DNA of 64,000 nucleotides from Camelus dromedarius (lineage: Eukaryota), in contig NC_087472.1 in assembly GCF_036321535.1 (NCBI RefSeq), positions 100,876,001 to 100,940,000 of the forward strand. Reading direction: 5' to 3'. Below the pieces are notes generated by a model that ran no database searches, had not been told where the DNA came from, and was given only the letters and a program-made list of their open reading frames with translations. Shown here piece after piece: positions 38,915-53,719 of the stretch. The translations under genes and the position numbers were made by a program. Positions within the stretch are counted from its first letter, which is position 1, and each line of letters opens with the position of its first letter.

Positions 38915-39042
38915 GGCATCAGAAAAGAACTTCTTAGCAAGTTGTACAGTAAGTAGAAGGAAAAATGTCCAAAGGAAGAAATTCTCACAGGTTGGCAGGA
39001 ACTTTCACATATTTGTCCTGATATGAAGTATTAAATGATTCT
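38877..39042 (-). other. CDKL5: CDKL5 exon 2, 5'UTR portion (166 nt)
   Basis: Acceptor ttgtgtttgttctttcag|AGAATCATTTAATAC with AG at 39044-39043. The sequence resembles the human CDKL5 5'UTR as recalled. Confidence 0.85.
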
Positions 39043-39129
39043 CTGAAAGAACAAACACAATTAAAAGCTGTTAAGTTTTATATCTCAGTACTCTAATAAC
39101 CTATCCTCTTTTTGCACAGTTCCTTTAAA

Positions 39130-40540
39130 ACCATGTTAATGTTTCATACACTAAAAAAAAGAAATAATAGGAGGGAAGAACCCAAAATGGAACACAAATG
39201 AACAAATGTACCTAAATGTATTTGAAATGAGTAACATAACTACACTGAAGGAGGGTGGGAGAAAAGAATTAACTCAACGTAACTTTTGAAAACAATTATT
39301 TTAACTACATTGTCTCTTTGAGCTAAAGACAAAAAGAAATATAAACAAATATTACACTCTACTTAGATATTTGTTTTTATGCAGAGATCTGAAACTTCTT
39401 TATGTGTATTCTAGGCTTAAGCAAATAAGATACTGTGGATAATGTGGGTTTGGTGTCATTCTCATAAAAGCAAGTTAAAAATATGAAAAAGGGGAAAGAC
39501 TGGAATTAGAGTTAACCATGTAAGGTCAGTTCTTAATATAGAGAGATGTAGAAATAAACATAAATGTGTATGCAAATATACATATACATTCTTCCAAAAA
39601 GGTAAAACATCAATCTAATCATAGGCAGCAACAGACACCCAAACTGAGGGACATCCCACTCAATAACTGGCCTGTATTCTTTTAAAATGTCTACATCATA
39701 AAAGACAAGGAAGGACTGAGTGACTGTTTCATAAAAGAAGACTCAGATTTAGAGTCACAATAACTAAATATAATGCATGATCCTGGGTTGGCTCCTAGAC
39801 AAGAAAAAAGTGTTTTTGCTATAAAGGGTAACTAATAAAATGTAAATGCATACAGATTAGATAATAATATTGTATCAATGATAAATTTTTTGTTTTGACA
39901 ATAGTAAAGCAGTTATATAAAACAATGCTCTTATTTTAAGAAATGGCAAAATGGGTGAAGGTGGTCAAAAGGTACAAACTTCCAGTTATACATAAGTCCT
40001 AGGGATATAATGTACAGCATGGTGACTACAGTTAATAATATTGTATTGTATATTTGAAAGTTGTTAAGAGAGTAAATCTTCAAAGTTCTCATCACAAGAA
40101 AAAAAAATGTGTCACTATGTGGTGATGGATGTTAATTAGACTTACTGTGGTGATCATTTTACAATATATACAAACAACAAAATCATTATGTTATACGTAC
40201 ACTTGAAACCAATGTTTTATGTCAATTACATATTGATAAAACAAATGAATAAGGCACAGCCTAGAATCTCTAGAATAAGACAGTCTAATAAAAAGCTTAA
40301 CCAGAAAAAAAAAAGAGGAAGAACACCAAAGTTTTTAAAGATAAAGTTTACAACTTCAACTGTTCAGGAAAAAAAATGTGTGTATGGAGGAAGAGAAAAA
40401 GAGAATGATAAAGCAAATATGGTAGAATGTTAACATTTGGGGAATCTAAGTCAAGGGTCTATGAAAAAGGAAATTCTTTGTACTATCTCTGCAACTTTTC
40501 ACTAAATTTGAAATCATTTTGAAGTAAGTTCTTTTGTTTA
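39130..40540 (+). mobile_element. Old L1MC/ME 3' fragments with a nested L1MA-type 3' end (about 39945-40240)
   Basis: ggtcaaaaggtacaaacttccagttata...ttctcatcacaag is an L1MA-type 3'UTR; the flanks are older L1 3'UTR. Confidence 0.7.
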
Positions 40541-40799
40541 AAAAAACTTATGCTATCTTTAAGAAGAATAACAGCTGTATCAACATAAAATATTGATTTA
40601 AAAGGAAGAACTATATCAAAACCAGTGAAGAAAGTTTCTTTGCTGCCTATGAAATTTGAAACTTTTAAAAAAATGAGTACCCCATGTGGTATGGAAAATA
40701 CTGACACGAAAGTGTGCCTTTTAGGACACTATGGTAGGAATGTAAACTGGCACAAGCTTTCTAAAGAGCAATATGTCCATAATTAAACACTTTTTAAAT

Positions 40800-43700
40800 G
40801 TTCACATCTTGATAAAAATATCTGACAAAAACTACATCATTCTTAAACATGGAATATTTAGACACAGTGCCTTTAAAAATTAAGAACATGTCAAGAAGTC
40901 CTACAATTAATACTTAACATTATTACTAAACATTATCTTGGTGGGTTCTATACAGCTCAGTAAAATAAGGAAAAATAAGTGAATAAAATATATAGGACTG
41001 AAAAGAGAGAAACTTAATAGAATTTACAGATATTATTGTCTACATAGAAAATTCAAAGGAATTTACAAATTAATAGAATTATAAGTGTTAGCAAGGTAGC
41101 TAAATATAAGCTCAATATACAAATATCAATTCTGTTTGTAAACATCAATAAGAAATAGAAAGTGTAATTTTTAAAAATCACATTTACAATAACAAAAAAA
41201 AGCACTTAGGATTTAACATAAAAGATACTCAAGACCTCTATTCAGATCTATATATTTATACACACATGTACATAAACATATGTATATTACACATATACGT
41301 GTGTGTGTGTGTGTGTGTGTCTCTACTATTCAAAGCCATTAAAGATGACCTATATCAATGAAGTTATCCCAATTCTAGGGCTAGAAAAATTCATACTACA
41401 AGTAAATAATCTCCATACTAATCTATACAGCCAATGCAATTCCAATCATAATCCCAAAAGAATTAAATGAGGAATTAAAATAAGCTGATTCTAAAATATA
41501 TATGGAAGAACACAATTCCAAGTACAGCCAACACTCTCCTGAATAAGAAAAATAAGAAGACTCCACCTTGAGGGGAGGATCTGACAAGATGTCCCTCTAC
41601 TAAATATATTGAAGGTTAGAATTGGGCTATACAAATTAAGACAGAGTGGTCTTGGCACAGAGATAGACAAATCTGCCAGTGGAACTGATATGAGAGCCTA
41701 GATGTGGACCATACTTAAATATCCCTACAGATACACACTCACCTCCCACTTCAGTCTGTTCTCAGCACAGGAGTCTCTAGGATAATTCAGATCATGTCAC
41801 TTCTCTTTTCAAAACCCTCCAGTGGCCTCTCACATCATTAAGAGTGAATATCAAAGTCCACAAAAGCCATCAGGCCTTAACTTCCTCTCCTCTGATATCA
41901 TGTCTGACTATTCTCCCCTTTGGCTTGCTTCACTCCAGCCACACTGACCTTCTTTCAGCTCAATATATAACAAAGTCATAGTTGTTCCTAATGCTAAATA
42001 TTTGTCACCTGTACCTTTACTTTAGGTCAGATTCTTATATGATTTGTCATTCAATATTTATCAAAAAAGTGTTTTTGCAAAAAGGCAAGACAAAGCAGAC
42101 ACCACACTTATTTTAGAAAACTTTAATTCAATGGAATCATGAATTTTTAAAGGATGACTGACATTTAGAGAAAATGATGTCACAATTTCAAAAAAAATTT
42201 GTTCTATTCATTCATTTATTAAACAAATAATTACTGACTGCCTAACATGTTTCAGAGAACGGATAAATAAATAAGACACAGGAGACAGTGATGAACAAGA
42301 TAGGGAAGGTCCTTGCCCTGAAGGAGCTTTACATTTTACTGAGGGAGGAAAATATAATATTATCAGATACTGATACATGTTATGAAGGGAGAAAAAAGGA
42401 GTGATTACTCAGAGAGCCCTCTCTAAAAAGGTGACATCTGAGGTGAATTATCAATAAAAAGAAGGAGCCAGCCATATGAAGATCTAAGTTAGTCACATTC
42501 CAGGTAAAAGAGGCTTAGAGTGTTTCTGAGAATGAATCATTCTTTCATTTTCTATGAGTGACTTAGAAAAACACCCAGGAAACATGTAAATATTCTACTC
42601 TGTCAATAATGGTATGGCTCATTTCAAAGGAAACTAGCAATCAAAATTAAATGATTCCTACTAAGAAGACTCAGCACTCCCAAAAGTTCTATACATAAGT
42701 ATATATATAGAACATTTGGTCCCACCTATTCTCTGCGGAAATCAAAATTGAGTAATGCAAACTGGGAATCAGAATTTAAATATGTGAGTAAATATATAAT
42801 ATAGGTGTTAAGAACAGTCTTTTAATTACCAGGACTTATACTGGGGAAAAAAATATGCCAAATTGGATTTAACTACAATTTTATATAAATAACACTGATT
42901 AATTTTTTAAGGCATTAAAAACTCAAACACCTCAGCTCCAAGTAACTAATTAAATAACTTGGTTGAAATGTCCCTTTGGGATGAATACAAATGCCAGAGG
43001 AAATACTTTTTAAAAATAGCCTAAAAACCCCCATAGACTTAACAAGATTGTAAAGAATTATTTGGCTGAAATCAAGGCAAAGAATAGAACCCTGAGAGGT
43101 AATCCAAACCACCCAAAATGGTTTTAGCCCACAGGCACTTGAAGGAAGAGTCAGAAAAAAATGGGAGAAAAACAGACCTGCTTTTGAAACCCTTATAAGT
43201 CAAAGGCAAAAGTGTTGCAAAAGGAGGAAGTATCATAAATCATAAACACCATTCACTTGAAGCCAAAACCCCAAAGAGCTATACTCTCAGGATAAAGGAA
43301 ACCAGAAAGAAATCAGTCCCTGAACAGACTCGAATCACAGCTTTATGTCATCCAAGTGACCTAAATAAACATCTAAGTGTACCATGGATTGAGGTGGTCC
43401 CACATTCAGATTGGTAGTGCCAACAGTTGTCTGGTTGAAAGGGGAAGAGGTGGGCAGGGGTGGGCTCTGCAGGAAGGTAACATCAACCTCAGCCTCACAA
43501 TATTGCTACAGATAATTTCTTGTCTACATTGTGCAGTACATAATCAAAGATAATCAGATACACAAAGTAATAAGATACCATTAACAAGAACTAATAGAAA
43601 TGACCAAGACAGAAAATGACCCAAAGAGACTCATAATATCAGAATTATCAGGAATAGCCTATAAACAACTACAGGGTGAACTAATAAAAACCCAAGGGTT

Positions 43701-44880
43701 GAACATTTTCTTAGAACTGGAAGGTCCAAAAGGTAGAAACCCAAATTCAAAGAAAAAATTAGAATTCTAGAACTGAAAAATAGAATAATAGCAAAGGAAC
43801 TCAACAGGGAGTAGCTCAACAGAGTATAAAGAGAAAAATATCAGGATACGTAAGACTTTAAACATATTTTTTAAACTTAACAAATGAAAATATAAACTAT
43901 AGCAAAAAACTGCAGAGTATCTTTTTTCCCCAAGCGCACACAGAACATTTACAAAAACTGATAAAGTGCTAGGCCATAATGCAATTCAAAGTAAATTACA
44001 AGAATTGAAGTCTGAGGATGTTCTCTCTCCACAATGCAAGTACGCAAGAAATCAATCACAAAAGAAATAACTAGAAAATATGTGTATGTTTAGAAATTAA
44101 TAAATACATTCTTAATATAATCTATAAGTCAATCAAAGAAGAAATCGTAACATTTAAAAATAACAGAAATACAAATTCATAGGAAGAAGCTAAAACAATG
44201 TTTAGGGAGGGATTTTAGAGCCATATATAACATATATCACAAAATATTTAAAAAGTTAAAATAAACTAAGCATCAATCTCAAGAAGTTTAAAAAAAACTC
44301 CAAAGAAGATATAAAGAAAGAAATAAAAGTTGAAACTCATGAAAAAGAAAACACACAATAAATGATCAAAAGAGCTAGATCTTGGAAATCAACTTTGGAA
44401 CTAATCAAGAACAAAACTAATCAGCCCAGCCAACACATTGATTTCCAGCTTTATGCTACCCTGAGAAGAGACTTCTGACCTACAGAATTGTGAGCTAATA
44501 TATGGGTGTTGTTTTAAGCCACTAAACTTGTGGTAATTCATCACAAACAGCAGAAAACTAATACAACAGTATCATTTTGTTTATATACAGTTTTAAAACA
44601 GACAAAGCTGACTACAAACTATATTATTTAGGTATGCATATATAAGTGATAAACCTATAAAAAAAATAAGTGACCAAGGAAATGTTTCTTAATAAAAATA
44701 GGATATTAATTACCTCTAGGGAGGAGTTGAGATTGACAAGAGATAGATAGGAGAGCTTTCTGGGCCACTAGTAATGTTCTATTTCTTGACTTGTGTGATA
44801 GTTAAATAGACATTCACTAGAGTGTGTATTTATTTCATGTGTTTTTATGTTGTTATATTCCAAAATAAAATAAGTTTTTA
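40800..44880 (+). mobile_element. Patchwork of ancient L1 fragments, with L2 pieces (41720-41960 +, 42205-42520 -) and an MLT1 half-LTR (44422-44565)
   Basis: L1 ORF2 motifs (tacatagaaaattcaaaggaa, caatgcaattccaatca) and MLT1 3' end gttgttttaagccactaa...aactaataca. Confidence 0.65.
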
Positions 44881-45019
44881 AGAGTTCCAAGAGCAATTCT
44901 GATAATGACATCATATATAAGTAGTTCCATGGTCATTTATATGGAGATAAAAGAAAATTTTTATCAAAGATAAAGCATTTCAATATTACATTAACCAAAA
45001 AGTTAAACTGAACTCTCTC

Positions 45020-45890
45020 TCTTCAGACTCCACATAAAGTCGTGTGTCTAGTGCTGGATATCAACAACAAAACCAAAAACTTCCAGTGACAGATAACCTC
45101 GATGATGACCACAAACCAAAACCATCCCAAATGAGCTGGTAAGGAAACTGGGAATGTCTGGCCTCAATGAGAAGACTGACATCCCGATGTCTGGAGACTC
45201 TTTGAAAAAGAGAGAACAGAGCAGGCGATTTATCTCAGGGGGAAAAACTAAGATCAGAGAGGTAGAATGGAAAAGGAGACAGATGTCAGCTCAGTAGTGA
45301 TTTGGACAACAATGAATAATGAATAGTTACTCACTTAGTCTATAAATAGCTGCCAGATACCTACAGTGGACCAACCCACTGTAGATGCTTCAGGATACAG
45401 CAGTGGACAACACAGACACAGCCCCTGCTCTCATGAAGCCAATGAGGGGAGACAGACAATAAACAAACAAACATGATCACTCCAAACAGTGACAATTATT
45501 AGGAAGGAAAGAAAACAGTCTTATGTAGAGTTTCGGAAACTGAGAAACTGAGGTGGGGGTCAGAGGTGGAGGAGATGAGGGGTTGGGGGAGTTGGATAAG
45601 GTGTTCTGAGGAGGTAAAATTTGAATGAAATCTGTTTAACGTAAAGAAGCAAGCCATGAGAACAGGGATGTGAGAAGAGTGTTCCAGGCAGTACGAAGAG
45701 TTCTTACAGAGCTTGATAAATTCAAGGAACAAAGAACTGTACTCTGAAGCACAGTAGACTAGAAGGGGACCTGCAGGGGGCAGGAAGAGGCCACTGGAAG
45801 CAGTTTGGCCTGGCTGTGGTAGACAAGAGTGGTGTACTAAATTAGATGTCCTCTAAGGTCCCTTCCAACCTTCTGAAGATTGTAAGAATC
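45020..45890. mobile_element. CR1/L3 3' relic split by a minus-strand L2 (about 45330-45790)
   Basis: CR1-type tail ctctaaggtcccttccaac at about 45851-45870; L2 signature in between. Confidence 0.55.
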
Positions 45891-47394
45891 TCTCAAAAAC
45901 CGTTTGTTTTTGATTACTAACCATTAACTTTTTAAACAAATAACAAGGCATTTTAAAGTGGATTTGTCTTGCACTAAGAAATACACCTACAATTAAGCAA
46001 TCTTGTCTCTGCATTGGCAAGCAGGTACCTACAAGAACTGACAGGAATGTAAGGCTTATAATTTATTTCATATATCATTAGTATTGAATTTAAGAGCTGC
46101 CTAAGTCTTGAATGTTTCCTTTGTTGCTGAAATTACAATCTTCATCTCATCGGGTCTTTTCTTCTTCCCAAAGAGAGGACAAAATCAGTTGAATCATGAG
46201 TTTTGTTTTTGTTTCCGGCATTGTTTTTATACATACAAACGAGAGAAGCATTTTGTCACTGAAACTGGACAGGAATGAATTTGGTATATGACAAAACTTG
46301 TTATAATAAGAGATTCAAATGGTTTGAAAGCATCTTAAAACTTATGATACATGTATGGAAAGAAACCATTTCTGTGGAAAGCACAGCCTTATGAAAATCA
46401 TCCTACTCTCTTGCAGAGAATTCTCCACGTTGAATATAAGTGAGGGGATAATGCACTCCTACTTAGTTTTCTTCCTAGATGGGACCACCTGACGTAATTA
46501 ATAGGATCTTCATTCTGCTTTATTCACCCAAGAGTGAAAAGTAACTTGATTTATCAGTCCATTCTCTATAATTTAGTTCCAATGACTAAATCAAACTGAT
46601 ATTTGACTACCATGAGTAATACACACACAGCTTAATAGTATAAAAATTTCAAACTACCAAACATGAAGCTTGTCTCCCCACCCTTTACCTTTAGAATCCT
46701 TCCACAAGGTAGGAAAATCCAGTACCAACCCAATGTATCTCTTACTCAGCTACCTGATATTTCTCCTAGCACTGACAACCCTACAAACTTACAAGCATCT
46801 GAGGAGGTTCAGACTGAAAAAGAGAACTAAACTGGGATCAGAAAAATTCAGAGGTCATTCTAACATTGTACTATTTAACATATGCTATTGGTTTAAGGGC
46901 TTTGAAAGCACCTGCATGAAAACGTAAGTATCAATTTTATCATGGTTTCTATGGGATTTGTTCTGATCTCCAAATTCTAAATAACTGAACTTGCAGAAGT
47001 TGGGAACCACCCAAATTTTGCTGGATTGATGTGGATCAGAAAACATGGTCTAAGTTATTGTCCTCTACTCCAAAAAAAACCAGACAAATAAAAAACCAAA
47101 GAAAACAAACAAAACACTAACCTTCAGATGAAAAAGAGTAGAAGGAAATGAAAGCCAACTCTGCTGAAGAACCCCTAGAGGCTTTAAATGAATTCAGGAC
47201 CATTGGCCTAGATACATTTCATTCCTGAAGTGCTTTAAGACTTTGGAGATGAGACTGCTGAAACTGAGTAGTCTTGGGAAAGCCAAAGGTAAAAGATGAG
47301 AACAAAGACTGGCCTAGAACAAATGTAGTCATATTTTTCAGAAAGGGTAAAACAGCACATTCTGTAAACGCTACACCTGAGAACTTCAATTAAG

Positions 47395-48170
47395 CAATCA
47401 TTCAATAAATATGTCTTGAGAGTTAACTATATACCAGGCACTGTGATAGACACTGGGAACATATTAATAAAGGAAATAGACAAGACCCCTTATCTCATGG
47501 AGTTTATCAAAGAATCATACAATAAGTATGAAAAATGTAAGAGCTATGGAAAATATATAAGGCACTACAAGGGCTTGTACAGAGGTTTCCCACCTAATTA
47601 GGGAGCGTTGGCTTTTCCAGAGAAAGCACCGGTGAGCTGAGATCTATAGGACAATTAGACATAAACTTACAGCGGAGGAATGCTCCCAGAGAGAATGAGT
47701 TATGTGACAGTCCCAAATCAAGACGGAACATGACAGACACAAGAGGCTCAAAGGTGGCAAGGGTTGGGTGGTTAATAACCTAATACAAGGTAAGGCTGGA
47801 GAAACAGTAGGCTGGGATATTTTAAGTAGTTTTATCCTTATCATCAGACATAAGGAGCCACTGGAGGGTTTTGAACAAGAATAGGAGGGGCAGGTTCAGG
47901 GGGTGGTATGACAGTCAGATGATTTGCATTATGAAAAGATCATACAAGCTACAGAGTAGAAAATGGCTCCCAGTCTGGAAGGGAAGCTGTGAGTTTGGGG
48001 GTATAACAACTAGGAAGCCACTGCAGTCACCTAGGTAAAAGGATAAGGGCAGGATGGGCTAAATTGGTAGATATGACGAGAAATGGATAGATTTAGGATA
48101 TATTTGGAGGGGAGGTCAATACAACTGGGGATAGATTAGAGATGGGAAGTGAGAGAAAGAGAAAAATACA
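47395..48170 (-). mobile_element. L2 fragment, preceded by a CR1/L3 ORF2 relic (about 47180-47390)
   Basis: tcattcaataaatat...ccaggcactgtg tail and ggagccactggagggttttgaaca body. Confidence 0.75.
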
Positions 48171-49015
48171 AGGCTCCTCTGTTGGAAGTCCCACAATTTC
48201 ATTTCTAAACATTCAGAACCTCTCAAACTGAAAATTTGAGTATCAAAATTCTCAATTAATAAACATTAATTCATAAAGGACCAGTAGAAAATATATATAC
48301 CCTACCCTCTCTCTTTTCATTTTGTTCCAAATCACTTAACCAATGTAAGTTTCAAGAGCAATTGAGTAAAATCATCTTAGAACAAGGGAAGGAATGGAGT
48401 GATTAGCTTTTAGCCTATTTCAGAAAAAGTACAAAACCAGAATAAATGGAATACTGCTGGCCAAACATCTGGTGATTAAGCTATTCCTGGGAGGGTCACT
48501 TATGTTAAAGGGAAAAAACAAACAGTAATAATGACTAGAGAGCAGCAACTTTGCAAGGCATGAAGAGGAAGACTGGGATATTTTCCAAATGGGTTGGGAG
48601 AAAGTTATTTTTATTTACAGAGATATTTGTGTACTATTTAAAATACAGAAGGAACTGAAGAAAATCAAACTAAAGATCCTGCACTTCCTCAGCTGTTTGT
48701 CCTAACTTTAGAAGGATACGTGACATTATTTTGACCAAAAAAATAAGTCAAAATTACAAGCAATTTTATCAAGGCCACTGATTGATGAAAGCATTCAGTT
48801 AAGGTCAAGAGATTTGAACACATGATCAAAAATAATAAAAATTTAATATGTTAAAAGATAGATTTTTTTTATCTCAAGGAAATTACAATTTTTAAAAAAG
48901 ATATGGTTAAGAGGATTTTTGAGTTATAGCTCTCCCATATACTAACTTAATGTTAAGCTGAGCAGTCTCCTGAAGCTTTGGTTTGTTTCCATTTGTAAAC
49001 TGAAGTTAAGTGACC

Positions 49016-49737
49016 GTGACACCAAATATGTGGCATCTTTTCCAACACCAATCCTCTAACACTTGGGTCCTACAATCTACCCTAACACTAACTATCCAGA
49101 GATAACATCAGATTCCAGAGATTTAAGGGCTCGGTCCCACAGACTTCCCTCACTTAAGATGCCAGCCACAAATCCTGCGTCCCCAGGCTACCTGCACTTC
49201 TGTCTGACTCGGCTAAAAATTTGGGAATTCTCACAACCCCTTCCTCAGGTTTGATAATTCCCTAGAATGACTCAAAGAACTTAGGAAAATGCTTTACCTA
49301 TCATTACTGGTTTACTATACAGAATACAGTTCATAAATAGCCAAATGGAAGAGATGCACACGGCAAGTTACAGGGGCAGGAGAAAGGGAGCAAAGCTTCC
49401 ACACCCTCTTAGGGTGCATCACCCTCCCAGCACCACCCAGCACCTCAACATGTCCACCAACCTAGAACCTCCCCAAACTCTGTCATTTAGGGGTTTTCAT
49501 GGAGGTTTTATTATGGTGGCATGATTGATTGAATCACTAGCCACTGGTAGCTGAACTCGGTCTCTGGCCCTCTCTTCTCCCCAGAGGTAGGGGGTGAGAA
49601 AAGGAGGCTGAAAGTTCTAACTTAATCGTGGCTAGTCCTTCTGGTGATCAAGCCCCATCCTGAAGTTATCTAGGGGCCTCTGCCAAAAGTCATTCATTAG
49701 CTTATATAAGACACTGTTATCATTCAGGAGATTCAGG
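49016..49737 (-). mobile_element. MER21-like solo LTR
   Basis: tgacaccaa, aagggctcggtcccaca, ggtttgataatt..ctagaatgactca and aagacactgttatcattcagga motifs. Confidence 0.75.
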
Positions 49738-52700
49738 TGACATTCTTGACTCGAGAACAGAATATGAGACAGACAAATGGGTGAAGGCATTCTAGGTAAA
49801 GTTTTTGCTAAAACAGGCAAAAACAAAAAACAAGGAGTGTTTGTAGAACTCAAGTCATTCAGCCCCTCTGAAATCTAGGGCACAGGTCCAGGAATGACAA
49901 GAATGAGGCAGGCCCTAAACCAAAAAAAAGCCTTATATGCCATGGCACAGGTATGTTTCCCTGTATTTTAAGAAGGATTCAACTACTGTACATGAAGTTT
50001 GAAGGCTACTGTCATAGACAACAGTAAATTAAGAGAAACCTTTTAGATGAATATTTATGAGTATTATGTTTCAGAAAAATCACCATGGAGGCAAAAAGAG
50101 GATTAGGGCAGAGATACTAACCAGAAAGCTACTGATTGATGGAGGCCAGGTACAAAATGATGAAAATCTCAACTAAAGCAGCAGTGAGAAGAGAAAGGGG
50201 ATAGAATTGAGATATTTAGGAGGTATATTCAAAAGACACAGTGCCAACTTAAAAATAGCTGATGAATGAGAAATGGAGAAGTCTAGATGATTACAAAATT
50301 TCTGCCTTGATTATTGCACATATGAGGGCACTACTAACTGAAACTGGGAATATAGAAGAGCATATGGAAAACAGTATTACATTATGGACAATTACGGGGT
50401 CTTATTTAATTGTTATTTATTATGGCATGTTTTATACTGCACAATACAGAGGTATTACGGATAGCTGAATGAATACAAAGTTGCACTTCAAGTCAACAGC
50501 AAGGAAAATAAGTCATATAAATTGAGAATATGAGAAACTCAAGATTTAACTTAATTTCCAACTTAGGCAGCTTCACCAAGGATATAACTTGCTCTATGGG
50601 TATTCTCAGGCTCCATTATGAAGTCACTTCCCAGATGAATACACTATAATCACATCCTTTAAGAATCCTTAGAAAAGACGCCTTGGAAGGAGATTAGTTC
50701 ATGTAATCATGACATTTGACCTAACAAAAGCCAAAAACTTTGGAAACATTTAGACCAGAGGTTCTCAAATTATTTAGAATATTAAAGTCTAGTTTCTTTG
50801 TTTTCCAAACCCATGTAAATTGTATTGTAAAATACAATAAAAATGGTGTGGCGGTGTTAAATTGCTATAAAAGTTTCTAAACTCTTACATTCACTTTTTA
50901 AATATTTTTAGACAAAAACACTTAATATGTTTAAGATTCAATATTCTTAAGTGTTAAAAGAGCCCTGACTATTTATAATCCACAGGGATTATGACTGTCT
51001 CCCATGGACTCCTACAGAGAGAAATAAATTTAAAAACACAGAACTATTATTTACAGGAAGAGACCATGACTTACTCTTTTTAGACTAAAGTTGTTGTATC
51101 ATTTTACTATCAAAAACTATTAATTTCCCACTGCCGACCAAAAAAGTCCAAATTTCTAAGGCACCGATGTCAAGGAAAATAGCTAAAGACATCTCTTTCA
51201 CTCAGTCATTTATTCATTCAACAAACACTTACTGAACACCTATTAAGTAGGCTAGGGATCATCTCATCTGACCTTATTTTACAGAGGGGAAAATTTAGGC
51301 TCAGAGCAGTTATGTTACTTAATCTGAAATTAACTATAACCTTTGCAATTGCTTTCCTGTGAATTTAACTATAATCTTTGACAATTACCTACTTCTCCAC
51401 TATAAGAATCCTTGGCTCCAAATCAACTACACCTACTAATCAACACTTAGAACATGCCTTTCACTTTTCCACTTCTATGCCTTTGTTCAAATTATTTCCC
51501 CACCTCTGGCCCCAGTCTTTACCAACTGAAATGTTAGCCATTATTTTTTAAAAATCAAGTAAATTATAACTTCCTCTCTGTTCAGCCCAGCTACAAGTTA
51601 TTCTCTATAAATTCTGTGGTATTTTTTTCTTTAGTTAAGATTAACTAATAGATTCCTACGATAAAAATTCAAAAGGCTAGCCTCTAAATTCTTACATACA
51701 ACATTAAGATATTTACTTAAACATTGTTTGCATATATATCTATTTCCCTTAGATAAATCATAATTTCCTAGAAACTAGACACTGTACCACTACTAGACCC
51801 TGTATCTGCACTTCAACTCTTTTCTGCCTATCAACTGAAAGAGAATTTAATAACGATCCACATTTCCAAACGAAAGATACAGAGAAAAGAAACTGGCTTC
51901 AATAAACAATTCTAATAATTCTTAAATAATTAAGAATTGATTATGCATATTTATAACAGTAACTGACTTGTAAACAATATTACTGTCAACTACTATCTGT
52001 ATGTGGATTATCCATAGTACATTTTACTTTATAGTTCTACAGCACAAACTTAATTACTTGTGTTTTTAATTCCATACAAATGATACGTAAAGCATTCTGA
52101 AATACATACTACCATCTTCTTGTTCAGGAAATCACAGAATCTTAAAGCTAAAATAAACCCTACCCATTCATTATATGAATAAGGAAACAAAGCTTATATC
52201 CAAGGTCTCCTAATCAGCTTCTGAGGAGTTCTGCTTTGGCTTGACTGAAGGACCCTCTCCCCATTCACAACAGAGTAGGTGAGAAAACTAGACAGCTTCT
52301 TGGTGACCATGGAGCCTGCTTTTCAGCATGGTATCATTTTCCTTGAAATAACTCCCAGTTTACTTAATCATAGACACAGGATTCAATATTTTAAAGAAAC
52401 CCATGCACATTCCAAATTTAAATACTGTCTATTATCTATTTTGAATTATTCAAACATACGTATGACTATGTTAACATAAGCTAACATATCCTAATAACTT
52501 TAAAAATCAAAAGTGAATTTTCTTTTAGTTTCTACCTGTTAATATGTCCTTCTTAGAAGATGAAAAAACATTATTTCAACAGTCCAAGACCAATGAAGAC
52601 AATGAACAATCAGGCCTAGTGCACTGCTGATTGGCACAAACCCTTCCTCTACCTGAACTCCTCTTTCTAATTCTTCTGAGAATACTGACACATCTGAGTG

Positions 52701-53719
52701 TCAACCTTCACTAATTATGTGACCACGAGCAAGTTATTTATCCTCTTTAAGTCTGTTTTCTCATTCACTAAGAGGGACTAATACTACCCACTTACAGGTG
52801 AAAATTCAAGGTTATATAAGTAAAACTTTTGATGCATAGTAGCCACATAATAAAAAAAAACTGTTATTAGTAATTAAATAAGTCTCATTTAACACAATAG
52901 ATAATGAAATAAGAAGGCTAAATAGTTCTAGAAAGTGGGATTTATCATCTCAATTATAAGCCTGTGCTTAAAGAAATTTCCCAAATGAGATAAGTAATTT
53001 ATGCCAAGACCCACAAGGAATAACAGATTCATGAAACGTCATTAGCATTTTAAGAGCAATATTTTTATTAAAGTAAATAAAACATTCTTTAAGCAAGCAA
53101 TAGCTTAGTCTTGCCAGTTCTGATGACAATTACTTGCAAAACACTGTTATTTTATTCAGTTGAACAGAATTATTGAAAAATTTTCTACTCAGCCTAAACA
53201 AGAACTAAGCTAAATCTAGAACCACTTCTAAAACTGTACTGTACTATCAACATTACTGATAATTTATCGAGTCTTATAAGTAAAGATACCTTCAACTTAC
53301 CATATAAAGTAAATTATGTTCTGTAGTATCAAGACAAAAACCAAGAACTGATGAATCAAAAATCATCTATAAGCAGAATTGCTGAGGTATATTTGTAAAG
53401 CATTTATTTGATTTGGAGGAAAGCAAATGCACTTCAACTACCTTTAGTCCTGAAGATTTTATTTAAGAAACCACAGAAACAAGACACACAAAAAGTACAG
53501 TTAGAGGACTACAAATGGAAGTATTCTTTTAGCTATGAAAAATAAAATGAGGCTTCATTTTCAAAAGATAAAATATGGAGAGAAGAGATGAGTTAGAGAA
53601 ACTCACCTAAGTTCTAAAGAAATGTGTTATCAATTAACTACTATCAAAGGATAAAGAAAACATGATGGAAGAAATGAAGATTATTCATTCATTCATAGAA
53701 CTGAAGTATCCTCTCCTAA

